The notes below the pieces were generated by a model that made no database searches, was not told the origin of the DNA, and was given only the letters and a program-made list of their open reading frames with translations. The position numbers and the translations under genes were made by a program. This document shows positions 21,312-30,486 of a stretch of 64,000 nt of DNA, in pieces; position 1 is the stretch's first letter; the number at the start of each line of letters is the position of its first letter. Source of the DNA: Polyangiaceae bacterium (GTDB lineage Bacteria; Myxococcota_A; Polyangia; Polyangiales; Polyangiaceae); NCBI GenBank assembly GCA_965222375.1, contig CBDCTZ010000016.1:1920001-1984000 (forward strand), in the 5' to 3' direction.

Positions 21312-22454
21312 CTACTTCAAGGGCTGCTTGGGCACAGCACGTACTACCAACACGATATCGACACGCCCCTTTGCCGGGTCCAGCTTGGTTTCTGGCGTGA
21401 CATTCACTTCGGGTGCGTTCTGCTCTTTGTGAAGCGCAACCAGTCGCGCCAGATCAGCCTGCAGCTTGCTGCGATTGAAAACATCCCCGGCCTTCATGCT
21501 GAGCCGACGCAAGTAGGCTCTCTTCGTCGTCGCCAAGTCGCCCTGCACTTGGATGGACCCGATCTTGAACACCCGGCCTTCGGTGATCGAGATGCGGACG
21601 ACAAGCGCGCCATCAACCACGCTGATCTTCGGTGGCGCGACGTTGGCCGTGATGAAACCACGATCGTAGTAGAGAGCCTGCACGCTCAGGATGTCCCGCT
21701 CCAGCTGTGCATCGCGCAGCGGCTGGCCGGGGCGCGCCTGCACCAGGGAGGCAAGCTCTGGGGTGGGCACTTTGGCGTTGCCGGTGATGGTCACGCGTTT
21801 CAGCCGCAACTTCCGCCCCTTGTGTAGATGTACGCAAACGTCGACGCGTCCGTCGTTCACGCGCTGCCCGGTGATCGTAATTCCAGCCTCGCGAAAGCCT
21901 TGCTCGAAAAGCTGCTCCTTTGCCGTCGACAGCCCCGCCGCGACCGCCGCGGCTTGATAGCTCTTTCCGGGCGCAAGGCCGAGTCCGAGCTCCTGCGTCC
22001 CCCTGTCGCCGCGGTGATACACCGAGCGGACGGTAGGCGCGCTCCGTGGGGCGAACTCCACGACTCGAGCGTTCTTGCTGCCGAAAGTTCGTACTTGCAC
22101 GTCCTCCAGGCCGCCCAATGTCCACAACCGCTTCACGTCGGCTCGGATGGCATCGTCGCTAGCAGCCTGGCCAGCTCGAGTCTTCAGGATGGCTTTCGCT
22201 CTGGCTCTGAGGTCGGGACTCGTTGCCTTTACCCGCACTTCCGCGATCTTGCCGTCAAAGGACTCGAAAACGCTGCTCACGCTGTCTGCCGGGTCGGTGG
22301 CGTCGAGAGCCGTCGCGTTGGCTTCACACGCCGCGGCTTCAGCATCTACGGGTGTGGGGGCCTCTACAGGAGAGGCCGGAGGCGTGACCGGTGCTGGCGC
22401 CGGCGCGCCGCCACAGCCGAAGGCGGCCAAGCTCAGTGCGACGAGCCATCTCAT
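21312..22454 (-). CDS. POTRA-domain lipoprotein (BamA-periplasmic-like, no beta-barrel)
   Basis: Lipobox AFGC; 'YYDRGF...ITEG' POTRA patterns. Confidence 0.75.
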   Translation of the reverse strand: MRWLVALSLAAFGCGGAPAPAPVTPPASPVEAPTPVDAEAAACEANATALDATDPADSVSSVFESFDGKIAEVRVKATSPDLRARAKAILKTRAGQAASDDAIRADVKRLWTLGGLEDVQVRTFGSKNARVVEFAPRSAPTVRSVYHRGDRGTQELGLGLAPGKSYQAAAVAAGLSTAKEQLFEQGFREAGITITGQRVNDGRVDVCVHLHKGRKLRLKRVTITGNAKVPTPELASLVQARPGQPLRDAQLERDILSVQALYYDRGFITANVAPPKISVVDGALVVRISITEGRVFKIGSIQVQGDLATTKRAYLRRLSMKAGDVFNRSKLQADLARLVALHKEQNAPEVNVTPETKLDPAKGRVDIVLVVRAVPKQPLK

Positions 22455-23026
22455 GGCCGAACCCGAATCGTGATCCGGCTCTTCTTCTTCAAACCGTCGA
22501 CCCAGCGTTTTCGTTCAGCCTCCAGGCGCTTCAACCCTTTCGGACCCGTCGCGTCGATCTCGCGTCGCGCAATGTGGAGCTTCAGCAGCTTGGCCTCGAG
22601 AAGCTGATGCCGAAGCTCTGAGCGGTAGATGCTCTCAGACATTCCCTCCTTGCCGACTGCAACCAGCAGTTCCTTTTGCGAAACCCCGTTCTGCTTCGCT
22701 ACGGCCGCCACGGCCCGGTCCACCTCCCGCGGGCTGACCGACATCTTTACGGCGGCGGCCTCTTTGGCCACGACGGCTCGTTCGATCTCTCGCGTCAGCA
22801 GTTGCTCGAAGATCTCTTTCCGAGCGCTGGGCCTTTTGCTCTTGGGCAGCCGCTGCAGTTGTTTTCGCATAGCGAGGGCGGCGCGCCGCAGGTCCGATAG
22901 CCAGATGGGACTGCCATCAACGAACGCTACGACTCGTTCGATCGTTCGTGCTGGGGGCGGGTTGGGTGCGGCCGTCGCGGCCGCAGGAATGAGCAGGCCA
23001 AGGCATACCAGAGTTGCGATTCGCAT
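22451..23026 (-). CDS. SurA N-terminal-domain protein
   Basis: 'ERVVAFVDGSPIWLSDL'; ATGA overlap with the POTRA gene. Confidence 0.75.
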   Translation of the reverse strand: MRIATLVCLGLLIPAAATAAPNPPPARTIERVVAFVDGSPIWLSDLRRAALAMRKQLQRLPKSKRPSARKEIFEQLLTREIERAVVAKEAAAVKMSVSPREVDRAVAAVAKQNGVSQKELLVAVGKEGMSESIYRSELRHQLLEAKLLKLHIARREIDATGPKGLKRLEAERKRWVDGLKKKSRITIRVRP

Positions 23027-23039
23027 GAGCTCCCCTTGG

Positions 23040-23798
23040 CTAGTCGCGTGACGGTTGTGTGGGAATGGCCATTCGACGTCGGTAGGACCTCGGCGGAAAG
23101 AACGCGATCCAAATGCTGATGGCACTCACCATCGCGAACCCCGAGACAAGACTGATCGCCCAGAGATGCGCGCGAATCCCAGTTCCGTAGACCAGGCGGT
23201 GGACGATCGGCACGACGTAGGCTGCGCCGGACGCCAACATCGCGACGCCCCAAAGACCGACACGGTGAACAACGCGAGGCTCCGCGAGCCCGATGCGCTG
23301 GCGCCGACGGAGCTTGGAGTGAAACCGCAAGCATTCGAAGGCGAGCCAGACCGGCGGAAGACCGCGCGCCGCCAGGCCCAGTGGTATCCACGGCCCCGAG
23401 CTGGGCGTTGAGTCCGTGTAGCGCAGGATCTGACCAGAAACGACTTCTCCCAAGAAAGCACCGGTGCCTATGAGTGCAAGCGCAGCGACCACGCCAGTGG
23501 CCCAACGGTCCTTGGCGTGGAACACTCGCCACGCAAACAGCGCCAGCGCGGCGACACCGGCGTACTCGATGGCGACACCAAGCACCGTCAGGCCCATGCG
23601 TGTCGCGAGCGTGCCGTCCAGGAGGAACTTGCCCGCCGTGCCTACCGCGAATGCCAAGAATCCGGTGCAGAGTAGGGCGACCGCCATGAGCAGTTCGGGC
23701 AGTTTGCGGGTGCGCAGGTAGTGCCACACGAGGCGGCTGCCCACGACAAGAGACGTGAGCATGAAGAGCACTACGCCGATCAAAGGGGCGTATTTCAT
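23040..23798 (-). CDS. Hypothetical multi-pass membrane protein
   Basis: About 7 hydrophobic segments; coupled to the upstream ORF. Confidence 0.7.
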   Translation of the reverse strand: MKYAPLIGVVLFMLTSLVVGSRLVWHYLRTRKLPELLMAVALLCTGFLAFAVGTAGKFLLDGTLATRMGLTVLGVAIEYAGVAALALFAWRVFHAKDRWATGVVAALALIGTGAFLGEVVSGQILRYTDSTPSSGPWIPLGLAARGLPPVWLAFECLRFHSKLRRRQRIGLAEPRVVHRVGLWGVAMLASGAAYVVPIVHRLVYGTGIRAHLWAISLVSGFAMVSAISIWIAFFPPRSYRRRMAIPTQPSRD

Positions 23799-24133
23799 CG
23801 GCGCTTTCCTTCCGGCCCCTCAGCGTCGAGACGCGCAAACACATCGTACGCCGTGTCCTCCATCGGGGGTTCCGAAAGACTCGTGCCGCCCGCGCGAAGC
23901 TTGTCCGCGATTTCGTGGCATAGCTGCTCCGCGTCAGTGACCCGCCGTTTGTTCAATGCCGCGGGCATGAGACGCATCAAAACGACGTCCATTTGGTACG
24001 CCGCCACGCTATTCGGATCCAGTCCGGCGTCTTTCAGCATCAGGCGCACCGTTCCACGCGCCTCGAGACGAGACAGATGGGTCCTCTCCTCCAGCTCTTT
24101 GGCGACCCAGGCGAATACTTCCGACTCCGCCAT
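23795..24133 (-). CDS. Hypothetical protein
   Basis: GAGGG RBS; ATGA overlap with the next gene. Confidence 0.65.
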   Translation of the reverse strand: MAESEVFAWVAKELEERTHLSRLEARGTVRLMLKDAGLDPNSVAAYQMDVVLMRLMPAALNKRRVTDAEQLCHEIADKLRAGGTSLSEPPMEDTAYDVFARLDAEGPEGKRR

Positions 24134-24246
24134 CCCCTCGACTGACCCCACAACTACGCTAGCAAAAGCGGATGCCCTGGATCAATTGGCAGATGGGCGG
24201 CGCCGCCGAGGCTAGGGGCCTAGGGTGAAAAAGCGCTCCGACCCGA

Positions 24247-25626
24247 CTAGTCCTCCAGCCCAATCTCCAGCAGCTGTCGACGCTTCTCCGGAGGTTTGCC
24301 GCGGTCTTCTGGCCGCACGCTCAAGGAGTCTCGATACATCCGCAGTGCCACGGCGCCTTGGATCGCGTGCTGGGCTCGTGTGCTGAGCAGTGCCGTCTTC
24401 AAATAGGCACGCAGGCGTCGCGTGGAGGCTGCGCCGTACACGCCGGCCAGGCTCCACAGCTCCGCCCACTGGCGCTGAGTCCGATAGCCCGAGCTGGTTC
24501 TGGCGTGGGGCACCTCCCGAGTCGTGCCGTCGGGCAGTACGGCGACGATGCCCAAGTCAGGCATCCTAGAGGCGGCTCGCCACTCGAAAGTCGGGTAGCA
24601 GGCGAAGGGATAGGAGTGCATTTGGCCGCGCGCGCCCTGGACCGTCGCGAAGGTGAGCAAGGACGCCGCCACACCGATGCGCAGCCATGCTGGTAGGTCC
24701 CTGCTAGGCAAGTCCTCTGGCGGCGCGCTGTTGGACCTGCCTTCGGTGGGCTCACCGGCTTGCTTTCGCTGCTTTCGCCACTCCGCCAGTTTGCGCGCCA
24801 GGGGGCGCAGGATCGGACGGGGATCCACCAAGGCGACGTAGCAGAGCCACAGGCTGGCGAAGGGAATGCGAAAGATGGCCTCCGTCATCAGGTGAAACAG
24901 CACCCCGCACAAAGCCAACCAGGGACGAAAGCGTTGAAAAAGCACCAGAAAGATGAAGCCCAGCTCGAACGCGATCACGAAAACGCCCCCAGCCTGCAGC
25001 GCGTATGGGATCTGATCGATCCGAAAGCTGGGCACTTCGCCGTGCTGCAGCCACTTCCAGTGCAGCTGGTTCTGCAGATTGTCAGACAAGACCCAAGCCG
25101 TGCCGGAGACGTACAGCTTGCGAAAACCAGGAAAGAAGTAGATCACCCCGAACAACAAGCGCACCACCAACAGAGGCAGCGCGTAACGTTCGTGTGCGTG
25201 GTCCCAAGGAAACTCGGCGTCGAAGGCGAGCACGTCTCCGCAGGGGCTGACCGCGAGCACCGCCGAGAACCAGAGCAAGTGCATGTCGTGCCAGACGAAC
25301 CCCGTGAGCTGCGCTATCGCGAATAGATAGAATCCACTCAGGGTGAGCCCCGTGAAGGCGGCACGGGTGTACACGCCCAGTGCACCAAGGACCGCAAAGA
25401 ACAGCACCGCCCCTTGCGCTACCCGCGCGACGTCGACGCGGATGGGCACGACCGCGACGAACCAATGCAGGCCCTCGGGCACGACGAAGCGGGCCGGATC
25501 CCAGGCTGCAACTTGCACCCCCGCCGCAAAGCCTGGCGCGAGCAGAAACATGAGCGCCACCACTACGCGCAGCAGCGCCAGACTCAGGGCGGGCTCTGCA
25601 GGGAGCCTTTTGGCAACCAGGGCCAC
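24247..25626 (-). CDS. HTTM/vitamin K-dependent gamma-carboxylase-like membrane protein
   Basis: 'VIYFFPGFRKL...W', 'FELGF', 'GVLFH'; 'YPFACYPTF'. Confidence 0.7.
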   Translation of the reverse strand: MALVAKRLPAEPALSLALLRVVVALMFLLAPGFAAGVQVAAWDPARFVVPEGLHWFVAVVPIRVDVARVAQGAVLFFAVLGALGVYTRAAFTGLTLSGFYLFAIAQLTGFVWHDMHLLWFSAVLAVSPCGDVLAFDAEFPWDHAHERYALPLLVVRLLFGVIYFFPGFRKLYVSGTAWVLSDNLQNQLHWKWLQHGEVPSFRIDQIPYALQAGGVFVIAFELGFIFLVLFQRFRPWLALCGVLFHLMTEAIFRIPFASLWLCYVALVDPRPILRPLARKLAEWRKQRKQAGEPTEGRSNSAPPEDLPSRDLPAWLRIGVAASLLTFATVQGARGQMHSYPFACYPTFEWRAASRMPDLGIVAVLPDGTTREVPHARTSSGYRTQRQWAELWSLAGVYGAASTRRLRAYLKTALLSTRAQHAIQGAVALRMYRDSLSVRPEDRGKPPEKRRQLLEIGLED

Positions 25627-25706
25627 GCCGCGAGAATGCCACGACTCGCTCTACGGCGGCGCTCGAGTGCTTGTATCCGGCGCAAGCTGGCCCCATCTTC
25701 TGGAGG

Positions 25707-26573
25707 ATGTCGGAGCGAGACACCAAGATCGGGCCGACCGCCCACTACACGGCCTACGTGTGGCACCGCTTGGGCATGCCCCATGCTGAGCACTTCGCGA
25801 CGGCGAAGGGGCGCGGCCTGTTCTGGAGCTTTCGGCTAGCCGGCGAGTGGATTGCGTTGGCGCTTCCCACCCATCCAAGCATGGAGCAGTACCTCGAGAT
25901 GCGTCACCGCGCGCTGGAGAAAGTGCTCTTCGACGAACAGCCCGACTGCGTCGTCGAACTGGGCGCAGGGCTATCTCGACGTGGGTTGACCTGGGCCGCC
26001 GATCACGGTGTTCGCTATGTGGAAGTGGACTTGCCTCACATGGTCGATGCGAAACGCAAGACCATCCAGACGCGTGTGCCCGCGATAGTTCGAAGCCGCG
26101 CAGCAGATCTGCTTTCCCATGTCTCGATGGACGTGCTTTCGGATGGGTTGATTGATGAACTGGGGAGCGTTTTGGCTGGCGCCAGGAGGCCGGTCGTGTT
26201 GGCGGAGGGATTGTTGGGCTACTTCCCGATGGATGAGCGAGCCCAGATAGTCGCTCGCATTCGCCAAGCCCTGACTCGTGCGGGGGGTGGGAAGTTCGCG
26301 TGTGACCTGCGCGCGGCCGAGGGTGGCGCCGCCGTCGCAACCGCGGCCAAGGCGCTCCGGGGAGCGGTTTGGATTGCGACCCGGGGGCGCGGGCTGCGCA
26401 AGGACTTCGAAAGCCACGCGCAAGTGCGGGAGTTCTTCCGCACCGCGGGCTTTGCGAGTGTGGAGACCGTGGACATTTCCGAAGTCAGCCCGGAGCTGAA
26501 CCGGGTGAAATCCCCTGCGCGAGTGTGGCTGTGTAGTGTGCCGACGGCGCGAATCGCGTTCGGCGCCGCCTAG
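25707..26573 (+). CDS. Class I SAM-dependent methyltransferase (LCM-like)
   Basis: 'VVELGAGL', 'YVEVDLP', 'AEGLLGY'; GGAGG RBS. Confidence 0.85.
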   Translation: MSERDTKIGPTAHYTAYVWHRLGMPHAEHFATAKGRGLFWSFRLAGEWIALALPTHPSMEQYLEMRHRALEKVLFDEQPDCVVELGAGLSRRGLTWAADHGVRYVEVDLPHMVDAKRKTIQTRVPAIVRSRAADLLSHVSMDVLSDGLIDELGSVLAGARRPVVLAEGLLGYFPMDERAQIVARIRQALTRAGGGKFACDLRAAEGGAAVATAAKALRGAVWIATRGRGLRKDFESHAQVREFFRTAGFASVETVDISEVSPELNRVKSPARVWLCSVPTARIAFGAA

Positions 26574-27124
26574 TTACACTCGAGATTGTCTTTCGCCGTC
26601 GGATCCGGCACGGCGCAGTTCAAAAACACCTTGTGGGGCTGGAACTGACTCTTCACGAAGATCTCCACAGTCTGTCCGGCCTTGAGCTGGGTGAACATGG
26701 CGGCCGTCACGGTCACCGTGTGGCTGTGGGTGGCGCTGCCTTTGATGTTGTACTGCTGCGATGCGCCCAGGGCGATGTGCGCCGCTGGCACCGTCAGAGT
26801 GTGACCATGCCGACAGGTGATCTGCGCCTCGATGTCTTTGTCGCAGCTGGCGCTGCTTCCGCCGCCACTGCCTGCGCTGCCCGAACTTCCAGCGCTACCG
26901 CTCGTGCCAGCGGTACCACCGCTGGAGCTACCCGAGCTGCCGCCGCTCGCGGAGCCTGCACTGCCGCCACTTGCAGAGCCAGCGCTGCCACCCGAACCGC
27001 CGCTCGAGCTTCCCGCGCTGCCCCCACTGCCGCCATCGTCAGAGTCGGAGCTGCAGCCGAGGACGGCTGTGGAACCGAGGGCCGCCAAGGACGCCAAGAA
27101 CTGGTTTCGGGAAAGGTGCTTCAT
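26570..27124 (-). CDS. Lipoprotein with Tat-like leader, Gly/Ser linker and His-pair (HGH/HSH) putative metal-binding domain
   Basis: 'SRNQFL' leader, lipobox VLGC, HGHTL and HSHTV. Confidence 0.65.
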   Translation of the reverse strand: MKHLSRNQFLASLAALGSTAVLGCSSDSDDGGSGGSAGSSSGGSGGSAGSASGGSAGSASGGSSGSSSGGTAGTSGSAGSSGSAGSGGGSSASCDKDIEAQITCRHGHTLTVPAAHIALGASQQYNIKGSATHSHTVTVTAAMFTQLKAGQTVEIFVKSQFQPHKVFLNCAVPDPTAKDNLECN

Positions 27125-27233
27125 GGTTGGGCCTCCGAGCGAGCCATGCAGAAAGGGTGAAGCCACCAATTTAGATGGAAAACGCCTGACTGGCCAAACC
27201 GTCGAGGGCCGCCGAACTCAGGATTGCAGCGGC

Positions 27234-28220
27234 TCAGGCGACCGAGCGACGGCCGAGGCGATACTCGTAGGTGGATTTCGCCAAACGTAGAGTGGAGTGC
27301 CAGCGTTCCTCGAAGCGCGACCTTGGGAACTTCTCCAACACCTCGCGCCGCGCGGCTGCGCCCATGGCTCGGGCTAGCTCTGGATCTTCCAGCAAACGAT
27401 CGATGCCCCGTCGCAGCACGCCGATGTCGTTGGACACGTAGCCGGAAAGGCCGTGAGACACAGGTAGACTCGCATGAGGGGTCGCCACGATGGGCATTCC
27501 ACTGGCCATGGCCTCCAATAGCGACAGATTGTAACCATCCTCGTCGGAGTGATGCGCAGTGTAGACGAAGTATCGGTGGTCGCGGTACTCCGCACGCAGC
27601 GCGTCGAAGCTTGGCGCCACGGAAGTGCCCATGTCGGGGTTTTCGCCGACGAGCTTGAAGTCGAATCCCTGCACCACTGCCTGATGCACATCCCAGGCGA
27701 AGCGCCTCCGTCTAAGACTGACCTGGTTGGCCACTCGCAGGCCACAGCGCAGTTTGCCAGTGTAGCCGCCGTACTCTTCGGGATCGACGGGCGGCGGAAT
27801 GACGAGTCCGGGCAAGCCCCAACTGTGGAGTTTGGCTTCCGACACGCCTACCGCCACGCCACCGGTTTGATCCAAATAGGTTCGGAGCTCTCGGGACATG
27901 TCAGATCCGCGAAAGTGCACGCCCTCTTCGCGCATGCGCGCCCGCAAGTTCACATGCGCGACGAACACTCGGGGGGCAGCAACGTCCTTCGCGCTCAGCA
28001 GGTCGGTGAGGTTATGGGCGATGACCGCGTCGTAGGGGCCAAGGGCCAGCGCGGCACCCAAGCTCACCAATCGCACATTTCTGGGGATTGGGCGGGAGCG
28101 GCGATCCCAGTGTCGGGCGCTGCGGCCCGGCAATCCGTCCACTACGACCATGTCCCAGCCCAACTTGCTTAGGCAGTGGATGTAGGGTTCGTGACAGTTG
28201 AAAGTGAGAAGTGTGGGCAC
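27234..28220 (-). CDS. Glycosyltransferase family 4
   Basis: 'DGYNLSLLEAMASGMPIV' and 'LARAMGAAAR' GT-B motifs. Confidence 0.88.
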   Translation of the reverse strand: MPTLLTFNCHEPYIHCLSKLGWDMVVVDGLPGRSARHWDRRSRPIPRNVRLVSLGAALALGPYDAVIAHNLTDLLSAKDVAAPRVFVAHVNLRARMREEGVHFRGSDMSRELRTYLDQTGGVAVGVSEAKLHSWGLPGLVIPPPVDPEEYGGYTGKLRCGLRVANQVSLRRRRFAWDVHQAVVQGFDFKLVGENPDMGTSVAPSFDALRAEYRDHRYFVYTAHHSDEDGYNLSLLEAMASGMPIVATPHASLPVSHGLSGYVSNDIGVLRRGIDRLLEDPELARAMGAAARREVLEKFPRSRFEERWHSTLRLAKSTYEYRLGRRSVA

Positions 28221-28355
28221 GTAGCAACCTCGGTGGCCGTAGGGTGCATGTTGCGTGCCTGCCGCTCAGTCCCGGCTAGCTGTCCAAGAGCCGCCGAAAT
28301 TGGCGATCCGGAGGTGTCAACGGGATGACAGTGACCTGATTCTGACACCCCAGGC

Positions 28356-28802
28356 TCAGTCGGTGCCGTAGTCGCGCAGCATCTTCTTGAGCTCGATTTG
28401 GTGGCGTTCTTCCTGGCCGATCATGCCTCGCGTGAACTCCTCCAGATAGACGCTGGCGTTCTCAACCACAGAGAGCAGCTTCTTGTATCCGTTCACTCCC
28501 TCGAGTTCGTGATTCAAGCTCTCTTGGAGCAGCGCGCGGGTCGAATGCTCGTTGGTTTCATCGATGGGCGCGATCCGCATGCTGGGATGGCCCTCGAGGC
28601 CGGTAAGCAGCTCGCCGACCTGCTGCGCGTGCACCAGGGATTCCTGCGCCTGCCCATTCATGAACTGCACGATGGGAATGCGATTCGGCCCCGTGACCAT
28701 CAACGCGTAATGCGTGTAGCGTACGACGCCGGCAAGTTCGTGCTCGAGAATCGAGTTCAGTATTTCGTTTGTTGCTTTGACGTCCAGCTCGCGAAGGGGC
28801 AT
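28356..28802 (-). CDS. Bacterioferritin/ferritin-like protein
   Basis: 'LEHELAGVVRYTH...ESLVH...EERH'. Confidence 0.85.
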   Translation of the reverse strand: MPLRELDVKATNEILNSILEHELAGVVRYTHYALMVTGPNRIPIVQFMNGQAQESLVHAQQVGELLTGLEGHPSMRIAPIDETNEHSTRALLQESLNHELEGVNGYKKLLSVVENASVYLEEFTRGMIGQEERHQIELKKMLRDYGTD

Positions 28803-28843
28803 GGCCCAAGTCAGGCGCTCCTCCGTGCTGAAGTCAAGGGGTG

Positions 28844-29002
28844 TTGCCCCCCCCTGCCTCGCTCCGCTCGGCTGGCCTCCGCCCTTATGCCGTGCTCGGC
28901 GGCCGGGGTGGCTTCGCCTAGGGCGCCGGGGAGCGGATTGTATCGCAGGGAACGGCGAGCCGCCTGCGCGCGGCATGGGCGGGGCTCAGTCGCGTTGGCG
29001 TG
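28844..29002 (+). repeat. Partial copy (hairpin part only) of the DUF559-associated element
   Basis: Near-identical to 36841-37000 from TTATGCCGTGCT onward; the left end is more diverged. Confidence 0.85.
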
Positions 29003-29334
29003 AAAGGTGACCCCAGCTGCCCAAATGCCGGCTTCTGGGATGTAGTCGTGCTCGTAGTCGTAGCGCTGTCGAGCACGAGAGCGTGCTAGCGCCGAGTCCG
29101 TGCGTTGCATGGCGGCCACGGCGCCAGTGAACGGCTGGGACAAGCTCGCGAGGTCGCACCTCCGTTTCGCGCGCCAGTGTAGGCAGCAGTCCACCTGCTT
29201 CATGAACCCGCTCACACCCTCGGCACACGGCTTGCGGTCATACTGGAATGTGAAGGCAAGAGCGAACGACCGTGTCGCTGGGCCGGGTGGAGTCGCTGGG
29301 CGCTCCAGGACCGGGAGATCTGCGTCGAGCACGC

Positions 29335-30090
29335 CTACGGGTTTTCGCCGCGAGCGCCATCTCCGAGTGATTCGTCGTAGATCGCAACACGCCATGGCAT
29401 CCACAGCGCGGGCACTGCGCCCGTCGTTTCCAGGTTGCAGTGGTCGGCGCATCGACGTGCATCGTTCAACTGGTCGAAGAAGCCCCAGCGATTCGGTTTG
29501 AGCTCGAACACGTCAGCGAATTCGGTCTCGAGGCCGTTGCAGATATAGGAATGGAAGCCGCCGAAGTCCCAACCCAAGACATCGTAGCCGAGAACTTGGC
29601 CTTCAGCAGACGGTGCTCTTCCCGCACGAACTGCTGTTACCACACCCGGTTCGCCCTGACCTGCCTCGACGCGGGTCTCAGCAAGAAAGGTCGAGACAAG
29701 ATCATACGGGAGGGCAATACCGATCACCGCGAGGCTGGTCGCCCGCGAGAGGAACTCGCGCTTGACGCGCAGCGCAACGTCTAGGCTCAGGAAGACGTCC
29801 GGCCACCCGAGCTCGCCACCCGCGAGAGCCGACGTACACCAAGCCGTGAAGGACTCAAGCTCGCTGCCCTTCAGCCCGAATTTTGCCGCCGCTTCCTGCC
29901 TTGCCGCTTGAGTATCCTGAGTCCACTCGATCGACCAGGTGTTCGGCACTAGATCGACAATGCAGTCGGTCGCGGTGAAGAGCGTCTCGGGCAGCAGGCC
30001 TGCATTCATGTGAACAGAGCGCTTAGCTGGCCTCGCAAGGAAGTAGCCACCACTGATGTGGTGGCCGGTGCCTCTCCCAAATTCGCTCAT
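29335..30090 (-). CDS. Hypothetical protein
   Basis: Natural-looking 251-aa ORF; its ATG overlaps the TGA of the gene-A fragment. Confidence 0.7.
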   Translation of the reverse strand: MSEFGRGTGHHISGGYFLARPAKRSVHMNAGLLPETLFTATDCIVDLVPNTWSIEWTQDTQAARQEAAAKFGLKGSELESFTAWCTSALAGGELGWPDVFLSLDVALRVKREFLSRATSLAVIGIALPYDLVSTFLAETRVEAGQGEPGVVTAVRAGRAPSAEGQVLGYDVLGWDFGGFHSYICNGLETEFADVFELKPNRWGFFDQLNDARRCADHCNLETTGAVPALWMPWRVAIYDESLGDGARGENP

Positions 30091-30429
30091 AGTCGTCCTC
30101 GCGCCGTCACACGCAGGACGATTGCGTTGCCTACGACGCGAGTGCCCTCCAAGAGCAACACCCCCACCAGCGCCAACTTCCATCCTCGTGCTCGATCGGC
30201 TGGTGCACCGTGGACGATGGTTGGCTCGGTGTCTGTCGACGCTGTGTCCGTCGCGGGGGCCGGCGCGTCAGTTTGCGGGGGCCGCGCGTCAGACTGCGTG
30301 GTCAGCTCGTCAGAATCCGTGGCTGCGGGCTTCGAGTGCGCCAGCGTGCGCAGGCTCTTCTGCGTGGTCGCGCGCCGTGGATCCGCTTCGGGATCGACCT
30401 TGATCGTCTTCGTCTCGATCGTCTTGTGA
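30087..30429 (-). pseudogene. 5'-truncated fragment of Pro-rich membrane gene A (copy A4)
   Basis: Translates to HKTIETKTIKVDPEADPRRATTQKSLRTLA...RGWKLALVGVLLL, matching copies A1-A3. Confidence 0.8.
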
Positions 30430-30486
30430 TTTGCTGCCCCCGCCCCGCCTCGCTGCGCTCGGCTTGCCCCCCCCTTATGCCGTGCT

